From IMG/VR virus record IMGVR_UViG_3300031555_002578: a stretch of DNA of 64,000 nucleotides; one strand, 5' to 3'. The translations under genes were made by a program, and so were the position numbers. The DNA is from a virus (taxonomy: Duplodnaviria > Caudoviricetes). Below, one piece after another: positions 32,475 through 45,562 of the stretch (its first letter is position 1; every line of letters begins with the position of its first letter). Below the pieces are notes generated by a model. That model was not told where the DNA came from. It saw only the letters and a list, made by a program, of their open reading frames with translations, and ran no database searches.

Positions 32475-32541
32475 ACTTAAAAATATTTGTCTTATTAAAT
32501 AGTCGATAAATTATGTTTTAGTTGAAATAGAGGTATATATT

Positions 32542-35500
32542 ATGGCAAAAAATAATGAAAATACAACTGTTGAAGAAATTAAGGAAGTTAATTTGGAACA
32601 GAAAGTAACTTTAAAAAATATTGCAGGTTGGACTGTTGGATTTAAGCGTATTGAAGGTGATGGTGATGTTACTATTCCACCCGAAGGTACTATTAGATTA
32701 TCCAGAAGTGAAATTATTGCACAAGTTCAAAATGGCAATAGACTTTTGACAGGAATTGATAGTCGTGGTTCTCACGCAACTGTTTATACAGATGATATTC
32801 CTACCAGAGTTGAAATGGATTTTGATATTCCAGAGGATAATATTTCTCAACAAGTATTAACTCATGATGCAGTTAAAAAACTTTTTGAATATAAGACAAT
32901 CAAATCTTTTGAAGAAAATCTGAGAAAACTTGTTGTTACAAGAGCAGAAAAATATGCTATCATTCAGATTATTAAAAAAGAAAAGTTTAATGATTTTGAA
33001 AAAATTCGTGCAGTAGAAGATTATACTGGTTTTAAAATGTAACGAAAGATGGTGGACTACATGAAAAAAGTATCTACTTATCAAGATGTAGTGAATAGTT
33101 TTCACTCCACTTTTCAGGATAAAGTAGAAATTCCAGATGCATTGGAACGTGTGTGGTTTTTCAAGGCGGTTGGAAAATTTTCTCATGAAATTGACCGCCT
33201 AAATTTCGATGAAGAATTATTTGAGTTTGACATACAACTTGATAGATATGTCATTGATACTTTAGGTGTTATGATGAAAGAATTCTATCAGCAAAGAGAA
33301 TTATCAAAAGTGAATAAACGTATCAGTATCGTTTCAAAAGATATTTCAATAGATGGCTCAAACGGTACAAAAACTGCTACAAAAGCAGAACTTGAAATGG
33401 TAAATGAAGAAGTTAGAAATATGGTTTATAAGCAAACCCCTTCTGCATATAACTAAGGTGGTGTTTGTTTGAAAGAATGGTATTTAATGACTTCTCAAAC
33501 AAAATCAACTTCTCTTGGTGGTTTTGAGAATGATGCTTTTTTAGATTATAAAGATGATGCTTTTGCTGAATCTTTAGATACTGAACTTGGAGAAACTATA
33601 GAACTTTTTAATTGTGATTTATCTGAAAGAAAAATTGTAAGATGTATGATTCAAGGCAATACACCAGATTCTCAACTTAAATCTGTTGAGCGTATCGGTT
33701 TATTTGTTCGTGGTACGGTAAAGTCTGGTATGTATGTAAGATTTGAAGATTGCTATTGGTTAATTACAGGTTATCCTAGTTATAATAAGGTGTATGAAAA
33801 AGTAGTCATGCAATTATGTCAACACAAATTGCGTTGGCAAAATGATTCTGGACAAATTATTGAGCGTTGGTGTAATGTAACCAGTGCTTCTAAATATGAT
33901 GTAGGTGAATCTGGAAATAATGCAATTATTTTAGGTTCTAATAACTATACTATTTTAGTTCCAGATGATGATGAATCTTATTATTTAGATGGTAAGCGTA
34001 TATTTATTGATAGAAATACGATTAATCCAACAAAAACTTTTAAATTAACTCGTTCTGATGATGTTTTGTATAATTACGGAATTACTCATGGTGGTATTTT
34101 TGGTTTTATTGCAGATAAATCTGAATTAAACTATGAAACAGATAGACAAGATTTAGGCATTTGTGATTATAAAGATACAACTGTGTCCCCTACTAAACCA
34201 ATTATAAATACACAAATGTTAAAAGCAACTATGTATGGTAGAAATAATATTACCATTGGTTATGCAAGAAAATATTCTGTAAAATTCAAAAATGAGATTA
34301 ATGACGAAGTTGATGTTTTAGATTTTGTTTGGAATATTGATTGTGATTTTTCTGATAAGATTGAAATGGTTAATGAAGGTAGTTCTTTAAAAGTTGTAGT
34401 ATCTGATAAGGAATGTATCGGGAAAACATTTAAGGTACAAGTAATTCGTAATACTGAAATAATGACTGAAAAAACAGTTATTATCGAAGATACTTATTAA
34501 GGAGGTGGAATATGGGAATTATTCAAACCTCTGGCAATAAGAAAAAAATTATTATTGACCTATTGTTAAAAAATGATATGGTTAAAAAATTAATCAACCC
34601 TACTCTACATGATGACCTAGATGAAAAAGAAATTCTATTGGGTGGAGAATGGGTTATTGATGGTAAAGTTGTTACAGAACAAGGTCATATTTTTGATTAC
34701 AACTTTGTTGATGACACTATTACTGATGCAAAAGTTTTTATTTTTGTGGAAACAGATATTAATAATGTATATAATGATTTTGCAAATTTCAACTTATATG
34801 TCAGTGTATTTGCAGATAAATCTCTAATTCGTTTATCTCAAGAATCAACTCCTACTAAACAAGAAATGAAGAATGAAGGATATGAAGGAAATCGTATTGA
34901 TATTCTTTGTGGGGTAATTGATGAACTTTTAAATGGAAAAGACATCCAAGATGTTGGTAATATTAAACCTGCTATTATGGGATATATGAAGGTATATCAA
35001 CCTAGTAGACAGTTTTATGGAAAAGTATTAACATATACTGTTAAGTCTTGGAATGATGGTGGTGATAGTTGTGGTTTTTAATAAAGACACACTAGCACCA
35101 TTTTTATTATATAGTCAACCAATTCCATTTAATGAACAAATCACATTATATCCTATTACAATGAAAAATATAATGGAATTTCAAATGTATTCTCGTTCAA
35201 TAACATTTCGTAAAGATAGCAGATTTGGTATTAAAGAGATTATTAAGATGACATATCTTGATTTTTTATTTTATGCCATGCTTCATCCTGAACTATCTGA
35301 ATTAGTAGAAGATACTCCAGATTTGGGCAAATTCTTCTTTTATACAATTAATCTTCTTGGGCTTGTGTGTAAAGACCAACCTCTTGATATTAATGATGAA
35401 GGACAGATTAGGATAAATAATTATGTGATTAATGCAGATGAGTTTGATGATATAAGAAGAATTATCATTTTGCAAAATGGTATAGATTTTGATATAGATG

Positions 35501-35838
35501 AGTTTCTGAATTATGAAACTGAAAAAAGACTTCAAAAGGCACAGAAAGATATGAATAAAGGAAATGATACTGTTACAGTAGAAGATTATATTGATTCTCT
35601 GTGTTTAGTATTAAATGTTTCTGAGCAAACAATTATGGATATGTCTATTCGTAAATTTTGGAGACTTATAAAAAGACATGAACTTCATGAAACGTACACC
35701 ATTATGAAAACTGGTGAGTGTTCTGGTATGGTTAAATTTAAAGACCCTATCAAACATTGGATGCGTTCTATTGAAGAAGAAGATAAATATGCTCATCTGA
35801 AAGCAGATGAAAATGAACTTAAAGGTAAGATAGGTTAA
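32542..35838 (+). CDS. Head-tail joining and tail assembly genes: 32542-33042, 33049-33456, 33469-34500, 34512-35081, 35053-35838
   Basis: Contiguous ORFs between capsid and tail tube. Functions are assigned by position only. Confidence 0.6.
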
Positions 35839-35885
35839 TCCCTATCTTTATTTTTTTTTGTAAAAAAGAAAGTGAGGACATAACA

Positions 35886-36893
35886 ATGGCAAATGAAAAC
35901 AGCAATGTAAAATCTTTCCTTGTTTCTACTGCTGACTTTGCGTTCTATGTAAATGATGTACTGGCTTGTACAGGTACAGCAAACCTGAATACTTCCCTAG
36001 AAGTATCTATGCAGGAACAGAATGTAAACGGTGGTAAATACAATAAACTGCTGTACACATTCCTGTACAACAGAGAACTATCTGCTACACTAGAAGCGGC
36101 TAACTGGGATTTAAGATATATCGCAGCAAATGTAGGTTCTACAATCACAGAAGGTCTGACAGATGTTTACAAAATTGAAGAATGCGTAGATATCGTAGGT
36201 GGCGTAGGTACTCTGGCTTCTACTCCTATTGGCAATGTTGCAGTAATGTTAGCAGATGGTAATATTATTGAAGTAACACCTGAAGGTTCTGTAATTGATG
36301 TTTCTGGTAATGTGACAGAAGGTATGGTTAAAGCAACATACAGATATAATACAGTTGCTAGAACAGTAACAATCGATGCTGATACAACCCCTTATGTTGG
36401 TAAACTGGTTCTGGATGCAGATAGACACAACAACAAAGTTGGTAAAGTTGGTTCTGTTCAGATTATCATTCCTTCTTACCAACTGACAGGTAACTTCTCC
36501 ATCTCCTTCTCTGCTGATGGTGTATCTAGTACAAATCTGGACGGTAAAGCACTGGCTGTAGCAGGTGAAAAATGCTCTGACGGTTCTTCCGTATATGCTC
36601 TAATCAAAGAATTTGATATGACAGCAACAGCAATGGCTGTAACAGACATTGCCGCTACACCTTCTGTAATGAATATTGCAGTAGACGAAGAAAAAGCAAT
36701 CTCTGTTAAAGGTCTGAAAGGTGGCATGTATGCTCCTATCGAACTAGACAATGCTGATTGTGAATTCACAGTTGCAGAAGCAGGTATTGCTACAGTAACA
36801 GGTGGCGTTGTTAAAGGTGTTTCCGCAGGTACAACAAATGTAGTTGTTGCTTACGGTGAATATCAGGATGTTGTTCAAGTAACAGTAGCCTAA
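35886..36893 (+). CDS. Major tail tube protein with a C-terminal Ig-like domain
   Basis: Highly biased codons; C-terminal IATVTGGVVKGVSAGTTNVVVAY (Big_2-like). Confidence 0.75.
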   Translation: MANENSNVKSFLVSTADFAFYVNDVLACTGTANLNTSLEVSMQEQNVNGGKYNKLLYTFLYNRELSATLEAANWDLRYIAANVGSTITEGLTDVYKIEECVDIVGGVGTLASTPIGNVAVMLADGNIIEVTPEGSVIDVSGNVTEGMVKATYRYNTVARTVTIDADTTPYVGKLVLDADRHNNKVGKVGSVQIIIPSYQLTGNFSISFSADGVSSTNLDGKALAVAGEKCSDGSSVYALIKEFDMTATAMAVTDIAATPSVMNIAVDEEKAISVKGLKGGMYAPIELDNADCEFTVAEAGIATVTGGVVKGVSAGTTNVVVAYGEYQDVVQVTVA

Positions 36894-36951
36894 TTGAATA
36901 TTTGAGGGGAGTTCCCTCCCCTCTTTCTTTTAAATAAGGAGGTATCCAATT

Positions 36952-37709
36952 ATGGAAGAAAAAATGAATATTGAACCTACAGTTATTGAAGAACCTAAAA
37001 AAACAAAACCTAAAAAACCAACACTGAAAAATAAAGAATGTAAAGTTTTACGCTTTAATAAAAAACATAGAACACTAGATATTATGTTTGATGAATTCGG
37101 ACTACACTTTAATGGTGTAAAAAATGATTACTCTAATGTTGAAACAGTAAATGTTAAATATAAAGGTACTATTGGTAAGGCTAATTTTAGTTATCAGTTA
37201 GATGAATGATTATGTGTAAACATTGTTTTAAGAAGATGAATGACAGAACACAAAAAGAAATGTATTACTGTCAGTTATTAATGAGTGAGAAAAATGATTT
37301 GGGGAGATTATGTCAATTTCAAAGATATTGTAAAGATGAAAAAGGATATATTTTAAACGACCCAAAGCGTTGCAAAAATTATATGTGAGTTTGAATAAGA
37401 GTGTTGGAAATATAAATATGGGCAGGTGCTACATGAAAATCTTATTCAAATATAGATTAATGGTTATTATGTACTACTTGCCCATTTTTTACGATTTTAT
37501 GAGGTGGACGTATGAGTAAGACAAAAGTATATGATAAAGAATACGCCACTCAGTTTAAAAATGAGATGTTGTATTTGAAAGAATGTGGTATCCCCTACTC
37601 TTGGGTGAATCAAGATAGTGAAACAGGGGTGTCTACTTGGAAATATAAAAAGACAGTAGAATTATTTACTGCTCTTGCTAAGTTTTATGAGAATGTTTAT
37701 TACAGATGA
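36952..37709 (+). CDS. Small hypothetical proteins: 36952-37209, 37206-37388 (Cys-rich), 37512-37709 (DUF5659-like)
   Basis: Short ORFs in the operon, most with an RBS. Confidence 0.65.
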
Positions 37710-37721
37710 GAGTTGATTTAT

Positions 37722-38903
37722 ATGGGGAGAGAATATTATTTAGATAATGCTGCTACAACTGAAGTTTATTCTGAAGTTATTGATACAATTTCTAATGTTA
37801 TGCGTGATGTATATGGAAATCCTTCAAGTATACATCGTAAAGGAAATCAGGCACAAGAAATTGTAGATAAAGCAAGACAAATCATTGCCGATTATATTAA
37901 TTGTGAACCAGAAGAAATTATTTTTACATCTGGTGCGTGTGAAGCAAATAGTTTGGCTATTTTAGGATACATGAAACAAAGATGGCATGGTATGACCGTA
38001 TTTTGTACATCTCCTATTGAACACAAATCTATTATATCTATTGTAGATGGATACGATTTTGAAACTTGGAAAGCAGATTCTTGTTTTGAAATGTTAAAAG
38101 TAGATGAGAATGGTTTCGTAGATAATTTGGATATGAATGCAATTTTGGCAAATATATATCAAGATGGGTATACACCATTTGTTTCTATTCAAGCTGCTAA
38201 TAGTGAGATTGGGACATGTCAAAACATTAAAGAAATTGCTGAAATTACGCACAGATACGGAGGTATCTTCCATTGTGATGCTACACAACTATTTCCACAT
38301 CAACGCATTGATGTAAAGAAACTTGATATCGATATGATGAGTATGTCTGGTCAGAAAATTCATGCACCTAAAGGTATTGGTTTTTTATATGTTAAAGAAG
38401 GTATTGAATTAGAACCTTTAATTTATGGTTCTCAAGAAAAAGGTATTCGTGGTGGCACAGAAAACGTTCCTTATATAGCAGGTCTTGCAAAGGCTATTGA
38501 ATTATTAGATTTTAAATTTAAAGTTACTGTAAATCCAGAGATTTTTCATGTAAGAAATTATATGGAACATCAATTAAAAAAGAAAATTAAAAATTGTATG
38601 ATTAACAATGATTGGGGCTGTTGTTTGCCAAATCTTATCAATATTTCATTCAAAGATATTGATGCTCAAGATTTAATTACTTTATTGGATGCAGAAGATA
38701 TTTATGTATCAGTTGGTTCTGCATGTAATTCTGGTAGCACAGAACCTTCTTATGTATTAAAAGCAATTAATGTACCTGACGAATATATTATGGGAACAAT
38801 TAGAATCACTCTGCCAGATGATTTTGAATATGATGATGTAGACTATATTGTTAGTAGAATTGCTTACTATATAAATAATTTAAGAATGTTTGGAGAGAAA
38901 TAA
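37722..38903 (+). CDS. iscS: Cysteine desulfurase (IscS/NifS family)
   Basis: YLDNAATT, GNPSSIH, FTSGACEAN, HCDATQ, SGQKIHAPKGIG (PLP Lys), GSAC (catalytic Cys). Confidence 0.92.
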   Translation: MGREYYLDNAATTEVYSEVIDTISNVMRDVYGNPSSIHRKGNQAQEIVDKARQIIADYINCEPEEIIFTSGACEANSLAILGYMKQRWHGMTVFCTSPIEHKSIISIVDGYDFETWKADSCFEMLKVDENGFVDNLDMNAILANIYQDGYTPFVSIQAANSEIGTCQNIKEIAEITHRYGGIFHCDATQLFPHQRIDVKKLDIDMMSMSGQKIHAPKGIGFLYVKEGIELEPLIYGSQEKGIRGGTENVPYIAGLAKAIELLDFKFKVTVNPEIFHVRNYMEHQLKKKIKNCMINNDWGCCLPNLINISFKDIDAQDLITLLDAEDIYVSVGSACNSGSTEPSYVLKAINVPDEYIMGTIRITLPDDFEYDDVDYIVSRIAYYINNLRMFGEK

Positions 38904-39353
38904 GTGTCAGATAGAAGTAAATATAATGTATCTAAAGATACTGAAAAGAGAACTTATGATGGAATAGTTTTTGATTCTGTTGTTGAAATGAAATATTATC
39001 GTGATGTTCTTTGTCCAAAAGTATCAAGTGGAGATGTTGTTTCATTTGAATTACAAAAGACGTATGAACTACAGCCAAAATTTGTACATAATGGTAAAAC
39101 AATTCAGTCAATTAAATATGTGGCTGATTTTTTTATTGTTTATAAAGATGGACATGAAGAAGTGATAGATACTAAAGGATATCCTGATTCTTTGGCTAAA
39201 ATGAAAAAGAAAATGTTCATATATAAATATCCTGATATTGATTATACATGGATATGTTATGTAAAAAAATATGGTGGATGGATTACATATGAAGAATATC
39301 AAACATTTCAACGTGAAGAAAAGAAAAAGAAAAAATTGGAGGGCAAAAAATAA
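38904..39353 (+). CDS. DUF1064 family PD-(D/E)XK nuclease-like protein
   Basis: DGIVFDS...ELQPKF...YVADF...IDTKG. Confidence 0.8.
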   Translation: MSDRSKYNVSKDTEKRTYDGIVFDSVVEMKYYRDVLCPKVSSGDVVSFELQKTYELQPKFVHNGKTIQSIKYVADFFIVYKDGHEEVIDTKGYPDSLAKMKKKMFIYKYPDIDYTWICYVKKYGGWITYEEYQTFQREEKKKKKLEGKK

Positions 39354-40306
39354 TGCCTTTAGTATTAGTGGATGAATGTTGTTCTTGTGCTTCTGGTGGG
39401 TATCCATGCAGAGGTAATTTATGTCCTTTAAGGAATGTTCCACACTTATTATGTGATGATTGTGGAGAAGAAACAACGTTATATTATTATGAAGATGAAA
39501 TGTTATGTCTTGATTGTATTAAAGATAGATTGCATGAAGTTGATATAAGAGAGGTAGATATAGATGAATACTATTAAATTATGGATTGCCATGAAGAAAA
39601 AAGAAATTGAATTTAAATTGATGGCTTATACATATGGTATTAGATTTATGGATGAAAAAGAAGATTTAGTTAAATCTCTTTGGAACATTTATGAAGTTAT
39701 GAAGAAAACTCCTATGAATGAGTTACAAGATAGATTTATTATTGAAATGGCATCTTTAGCACATGAACAAGCACAAAAAGAAAGACAAAAAGAAAAAGAA
39801 GAAATGAATGATGCTGAATGAAGTTAAAAGCATTTGATATAAAAAAATTAAGATATCCTAATTCTAATTTGACTTATGAGCAAGTTCTAAGAAATGAAAT
39901 TCATAGGTTTAAAGATATATTGCAGAAATATATTGTTGCTTATTATAATTCATATTCTCCAAATGTATATATTAGAAAATCACATGGGGGAAATTTATTA
40001 GAATCTTTAACTGTTGATGATATTGTACAGATTTCAGCAAATGGAAAACAACTGATTTGTAAAGTTTTAATTAATGAGAATGCAATTCACACTTCTGTTG
40101 TTGATAAAAAAAGTTATGGCAATGCTTTCTGGCTTATGAATTATGGTTGGGAAGTTGGAGAAGATGTGTCATTTCATGATAGATATAGATTTGGTTATTT
40201 TGAAGGTGCTCATTTCTTGGAAAGTGCAATTGAGGAATTTAAAAATACAAATAAATATGGTCTTACAATAAAAATTGAAGAACCATTAATGTTTTATGGA
40301 TATTAA
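39353..40306 (+). CDS. Hypothetical proteins: 39353-39577 (Cys-rich), 39564-39821, 39818-40306
   Basis: Overlapping start/stop coupling; terminator at about 40308-40336. Confidence 0.65.
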
Positions 40307-40358
40307 CAGACTGGGCTTAATCACCAGTCTTTTTTAATTTAAAGGAAGGTGATAAACA

Positions 40359-43300
40359 ATGCCTAGAAATGTGGATGGCGAAATCATTGTTGGTATTGAT
40401 ATACCTGCGTCAACCAAAATTGTAGAATCTGACATAAGAAAATTATTGCAAAATTTAACAACTCTTGAAGCAAAAATAAATCATGCTGATTTAACGGATA
40501 ATGCAAAACAAGAGTTGAGAAAACAAATAAATGATATTAAAAATTTAACAGCAAATGTGGAACATCTTGCCTTAGATGATACTGCTAAACAAGAATTCAG
40601 AAATGCTGTTGGAAAAGTAAATAATTTAACTGCAAACATACAAAATGTTAAGTTAGACCCCTCTTTTCAAAAAAATTTACAGACTGCTTTAAATGGTCTA
40701 ACTGGTCTTACAATTAATATTAGCGGATTCAATATTAATCCTAATGCAGTTAAAAATGCAGGTCAACAAGTAGGGAAATTAATAAGTGATTCTGCAATGA
40801 AAACGATTGACAGAGTTACTTCTGAAGGAATTGAGATTCCTTTTACTGTTTCTTCTCAAGGTAGCCAAGCATTTAAAGACCAAATGAAGAAATTAGTTGC
40901 TGATTGGACTAATAATAAAGGTGCTTTAACCGATATCAAGATTAATACATCTACTTCTTGGGATAATAAATTACAACAAAATGTTGAAAAATTAACTGGA
41001 GCAGTTGTAACATATAATAATGAACTTGGTGAAACAATTCAAAAACATATTGCTTTAAGAAAAATTGGTGAAGGTACTGATAAAAAAGGCAATAAAGTTG
41101 ATAAAATGGGATTTGTTGAAACAAGTGCCATTTATCGAAAAACTTTGAACGTTGCTTCTGTTGCAATGGACAAGTTTGAATCAAAACAAAAAATTGCTTC
41201 TGCAAGGATTGAAAACAATCTTAAAAGATTAGCAAGAGAATATTCTGACCCAAATGCATCTAAACCAATTAATGAACAAGGACACATTTCTTCTCTTGCA
41301 ACGCAGTATGATAAGGTAAAACAGGCTATTGCTGATATGCGTTCTGCAAGTAAAGATACTTTTGTAGATGCAGAATTAGAAGCAAAGAAACAGATTTCTA
41401 TTTTACAAAGTTTAGTAAAAGAATATAGAAATGCTGAAACTGTTGCAAGTAAAATGAAAGCAGTTGATATTAGTTCTGGTGTACAGATTGCAACTGCTGA
41501 TTTCAATAAACTTAAAGCAGATGCACAAGGTTTGGGCTTAGATATTACTAAATTAGAGAAAGCATTTGAAAATTTAGAAAAAACTCAAACTGCAAGTAAT
41601 TTAAATGTTTTTAATGATGCATTAAGAACTTCTCGTGCTGAATTACAAGCATTAAAATCACAAATCAATGCTGATAGCAAACAAGAAATTTTTAATGTAA
41701 AAAAACAAGGATTAACAGAAGCCATTAAAGAATGGAAGAAATTACATCCTGAAGCAAAAAATTTTAATAAAGAAATTGATGGTGTTAATACTACTGTTGA
41801 TAGTTTATTAAAAAGATTAAAAAAAGTATCTACAGATGCAGACCTTAGAGGAATTACATCTGTTTGGGAAATGTATTCTAAGTCTGCTGAAAAAGCATAT
41901 AAAGATACTGAAAAAATATATCAACTTGCAGACATAACTGCAAAAAATCTTCTTCATATTTCTGTACCACAGAGAGGTACAAATAATGTAATGCCAGTAA
42001 TTGAAAAAATGGCTAGAGATAATAATTGGTCAAATTTCAATGTTAGTGGTGTTCAAGAAGACGATGGCAAGATTAAAAAATTAACTCTTACAGTTACAGA
42101 AGCAACTGGAGAAATTAAGAAATTTAATCTTGAAAGAAGAAAAATGCAAAGTGGCGGTCAAAACTTTAATGGATTGCTCCAAGTTGGAGATGTACAAGTT
42201 ATTAAAACTGCTACTCAAGCACAATATGAATTAAATAAAGCACAGAGAGAATCTGATGCAAAAACATTATTCTCCAGACAAAAAGAAGCATATCAAGAAA
42301 TTTGGAATATCAGAAAACAACTTGCAAAATTGGATGAAACTGATGAAACTAATTATGCTCATGTTCAAGCACTTAAAGAAGAAGAAAAAGTCTGGAAAGA
42401 TATTTGTGAAAGTGCGACTTTACAGTTAAGACTTTATGAAGATATTATAACAGCACAAGAACGTTCTGTTGCTTTAAGTGAAATTAAAGATAAAGCACAA
42501 AGTAATATCAATATTCAACAAGGCAAAGATGCATCTAAAATTGCAAAAGCAGAACAACAAGAAGATATTGCAATTGCAAATAAATTACTTTCTGACCAAA
42601 AAAGAAAATATGAAGAAATTTGGAAGATAGAAAAGCAGATTGCATATGCAAGTGAAAATGGTAAAACAAATCTTGTTTCTCAATTATCAAGTAGAAAATC
42701 TGATTTAGAAAAAGAATATTCCATCATTTCTAAAGAATTAGATAAATATGATGCAATTATTGATAGAGAAGAACAATCTGCGAAATTAGCAGATGTTCGT
42801 GCAAAAGCAGAACATGAAATTTTATCTATTACTGCAAAAGAATTAGATAAAATGAATGATATTGCTAAAAAGGAAGAAGAACGTTTAGCAAAGAAAGCAC
42901 AATCTGACCATGATGCTAAACAAGCCATGTATGAAAAATTATGGTTTGATTATGATAATGGAAATCTTAATAAAGTAAAAACAATCGATGATAATGTAGC
43001 AAATAATACATATGCTACACAAATCAACGATTTAATTACTAAATATAAACAATATGGCTTAACTGTTGACCAAGCAGAAGATAAAGTAAGAGAATTACGT
43101 TCTACTTTGGCAACAATGAGTAATGCTGATAAGTCTGCTGAAGAAAGAATCAAAGCAGAAGAACGTTATCAACAGGCATTAAAAAAAAGTCAAAATGAAG
43201 TAAAAGTGTATTCTCAAAATCAACGTGGTCTTGCCACAGACCAACAGCGTTTGGCTTTGGCAAATACTATGGAAGCATTTTTACAGAAAAATACTAGAAT

Positions 43301-44607
43301 TACTGCAAAAGCAAGACAAGAAACAGAAATGTATATTGCCACTCTTAGAAATTTAAATTCTGAGATGACAGTAGTTGCTAAGAACGAAATTAATAATTCT
43401 TTTAAACAGATGCAGAATAATATGCGTGTTCTTGGCAAACTTGGCTATGCCTTAAAAGACCAGATGAAACAAGCAACTGGTAGTTTTGTTCAATGGTTCT
43501 CTGTAAGTAATTTGGTTATGAGTGGCATTTATCATGGTAGAAGTGCCATTACAGAACTTAAAGAAATTGATACATACTTAACAGAAATTAGCAAGGCTAA
43601 TAATGAGTTAACAAAATCTGAACTTGCAGATATTGGTAATCGTTCTTTTGATATTGCAAGTAATTATGGTAAAACTGCTACAGACTTCTTATCTGCTGTA
43701 CAAGAAGCATCTCGTGCAGGTTATAAAAACGCAGAAGGAATTGCTGAATTATCTACTGCGGCTCAAGGTGCAGGTGACATGACTTCTGATGTTGCAAATC
43801 AAATGTTAATTGCAACAGATAAAGCATATAAAATGAATGGTGCTGTTGATTTATTAAGAAATACCCTTGATGGTATGAACTTTATTACTAACAACAATGC
43901 CGTTAATATGACTGAATTATCTGAGGGTATGACAATTGTTGCATCCACTGCCGCTTCTTTTGGTGTTGGTGTTAATGAATTAACAGCAGCATTAGGTACA
44001 ATGTCTGCAACAACACAGCAAAGTGGTTCTGAAGTTGCTCGTGCTTTTAGGGCTATCCTCTTAAATATCAGACAAGTTTCTGATGAAGAAGAAGGAATTG
44101 ATGCAGAAGGTTTAACAAAATATGAAAGAGCATGTAATGCTTTAGGGGTTAAATTAAAAGAAACAAAAGATGGGGTTCTTTCTTTGCGTGACCCTATGGA
44201 AGTTTTGAAAGAATTATCTGAAGAATATGTTAAACTTGATGAAAGTGATATCCGTAGAACTAATTTACTGAATTCTGTCGGTGGTAAACTAAGAGCAACA
44301 CAATTAGATGCTTTATTACGTCAATGGTCTATGTATGAAAAGATGCTTGGCGAATATGAAGCAGGTATCGGCTCAATGGCAGTCGAAGCAGAAAAAACTG
44401 CTAACTCTTGGGAAGGTAGTTTAAATCGTTTAAGTAATACTTTTGCTGACACTATTGGCAATATTGCAAATTCTGATGGTGTGATTACACTCATCAATTC
44501 TTTAAATGAATTATTACAAATTATAAATAAATTAACTGATTCTTTAGGGTCTTTTGGCTCTATTGGTATGATTGGTTCTGCCATTTTAGGCGGTAAAGGG
44601 TTAGGAT
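40359..44607 (+). CDS. Tail tape measure protein, exon 1
   Basis: Coiled coils plus a TP901-type TMP core (ELKEIDTYLTEISK...TQQSGSEVARAFRAI...WEGSLNRLSN). Ends GGKGLG at a TAA that straddles the predicted 5' splice site. Confidence 0.85.
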
Positions 44608-45037
44608 AAACATAGTTTACTGTCCCCTTCTATAAGATTATATATAATGCCATATAATTAACATAGAGGGTGTTTTACAAGATTATTCGTTGATTGAGTA
44701 AACTAACCTTGGATTGAAATATCCTAAATTGTCGAATATCGGGAGAAGCCGTAATCCTAGGAATAGGTATCTGATGGATGAAATAAAAGCGTGAAAACGT
44801 TCCTGACGAGATATATTGAAGATGGTAGTCCCGACCCGTTATGCAAATATGATGAAAGTGTGATTTCAAGTATAACGGGCTACAGGGTGACAAGACATGG
44901 GTACACACAGGCATAATTGTGTGTTTCGCCACAACATACACTCGGCAACCTTGGGGAAAGCCCATGAGAAGCGAACAGAGAAACGAATAGGGTCTTCCCT
45001 ACTCTGCTTAGTACATATCACACAATAATACTTGGAA

Positions 45038-45074
45038 TAAAAAAGGTAGAGGATGTTACTCCCCTACCCTTTTC
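45038..45074. terminator. Bidirectional terminator-like hairpin inside the intron
   Basis: AAAAAAGGTAGAGG-loop-CCCCTACCCTTTT, directly after the stop of the minus-strand cargo ORF. Confidence 0.7.
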
Positions 45075-45281
45075 TTATTTTGCACCACAATAATATCCTT
45101 CTTTAAATCCCATTTCAAGTTTAAATAAAATTTCTGCATGAAGCAATTCTTCCATATCTAAGTAGGTATTTTCTGGAATGTTATTGATAAGTAATGTTTG
45201 AAGTTCTTGATAAATTGGGTCATTTTCAATTAAATAATAGTTTGTGGAATTAAGATAATTTTTAAAATCTTCTTTATACAT
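45075..45281 (-). CDS. Intron cargo gene, 68-aa hypothetical protein
   Basis: Strong AAGGAGG RBS 9 nt before the ATG; terminator downstream. Confidence 0.8.
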   Translation of the reverse strand: MYKEDFKNYLNSTNYYLIENDPIYQELQTLLINNIPENTYLDMEELLHAEILFKLEMGFKEGYYCGAK

Positions 45282-45362
45282 ACTACTTTCCTCCTTTTTC
45301 TAATCTTAATGTTTGCGAGGTTATGTATCTTTTAGAAAAAGGATTTACCATATAAAGATGAA

Positions 45363-45515
45363 TTATAAAAATAAAATGTTGGATAATGTTATACCTACAA
45401 TCTCGCAAATTTTAGCACACAATAATCCTAAGAATATGGCACTAAGTTTAATTAATATTTCTAATTGGGATTTTGTAAATTGTGATGTAAAATAAGTTTT
45501 AATTTTTTGAAGCAT
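45363..45515 (-). CDS. Possible intron cargo gene, 50-aa hydrophobic peptide
   Basis: MLQKIKTYFTSQFTKSQLEILIKLSAIFLGLLCAKICEIVGITLSNILFL; lies downstream of the antisense promoter but has no clear RBS. Confidence 0.45.
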   Translation of the reverse strand: MLQKIKTYFTSQFTKSQLEILIKLSAIFLGLLCAKICEIVGITLSNILFL

Positions 45516-45562
45516 AGATGTAGAGATTTGATATATTACAATTTTCCAAGGATTGTATTTAT

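Noticed and set aside
44790-44860. Hammerhead-like CTGACGA and GAAA words
   Set aside because: Stems I-III cannot be built in a valid order around them.
44675-44965. 96-aa minus-strand ORF in the TMP interruption
   Set aside because: Overlaps the base-paired intron core, has no RBS and has atypical composition.
45313-45495. 60-aa plus-strand ORF inside the intron
   Set aside because: TTG start without an RBS; promoter, RBS and terminator signals here point to the minus strand.
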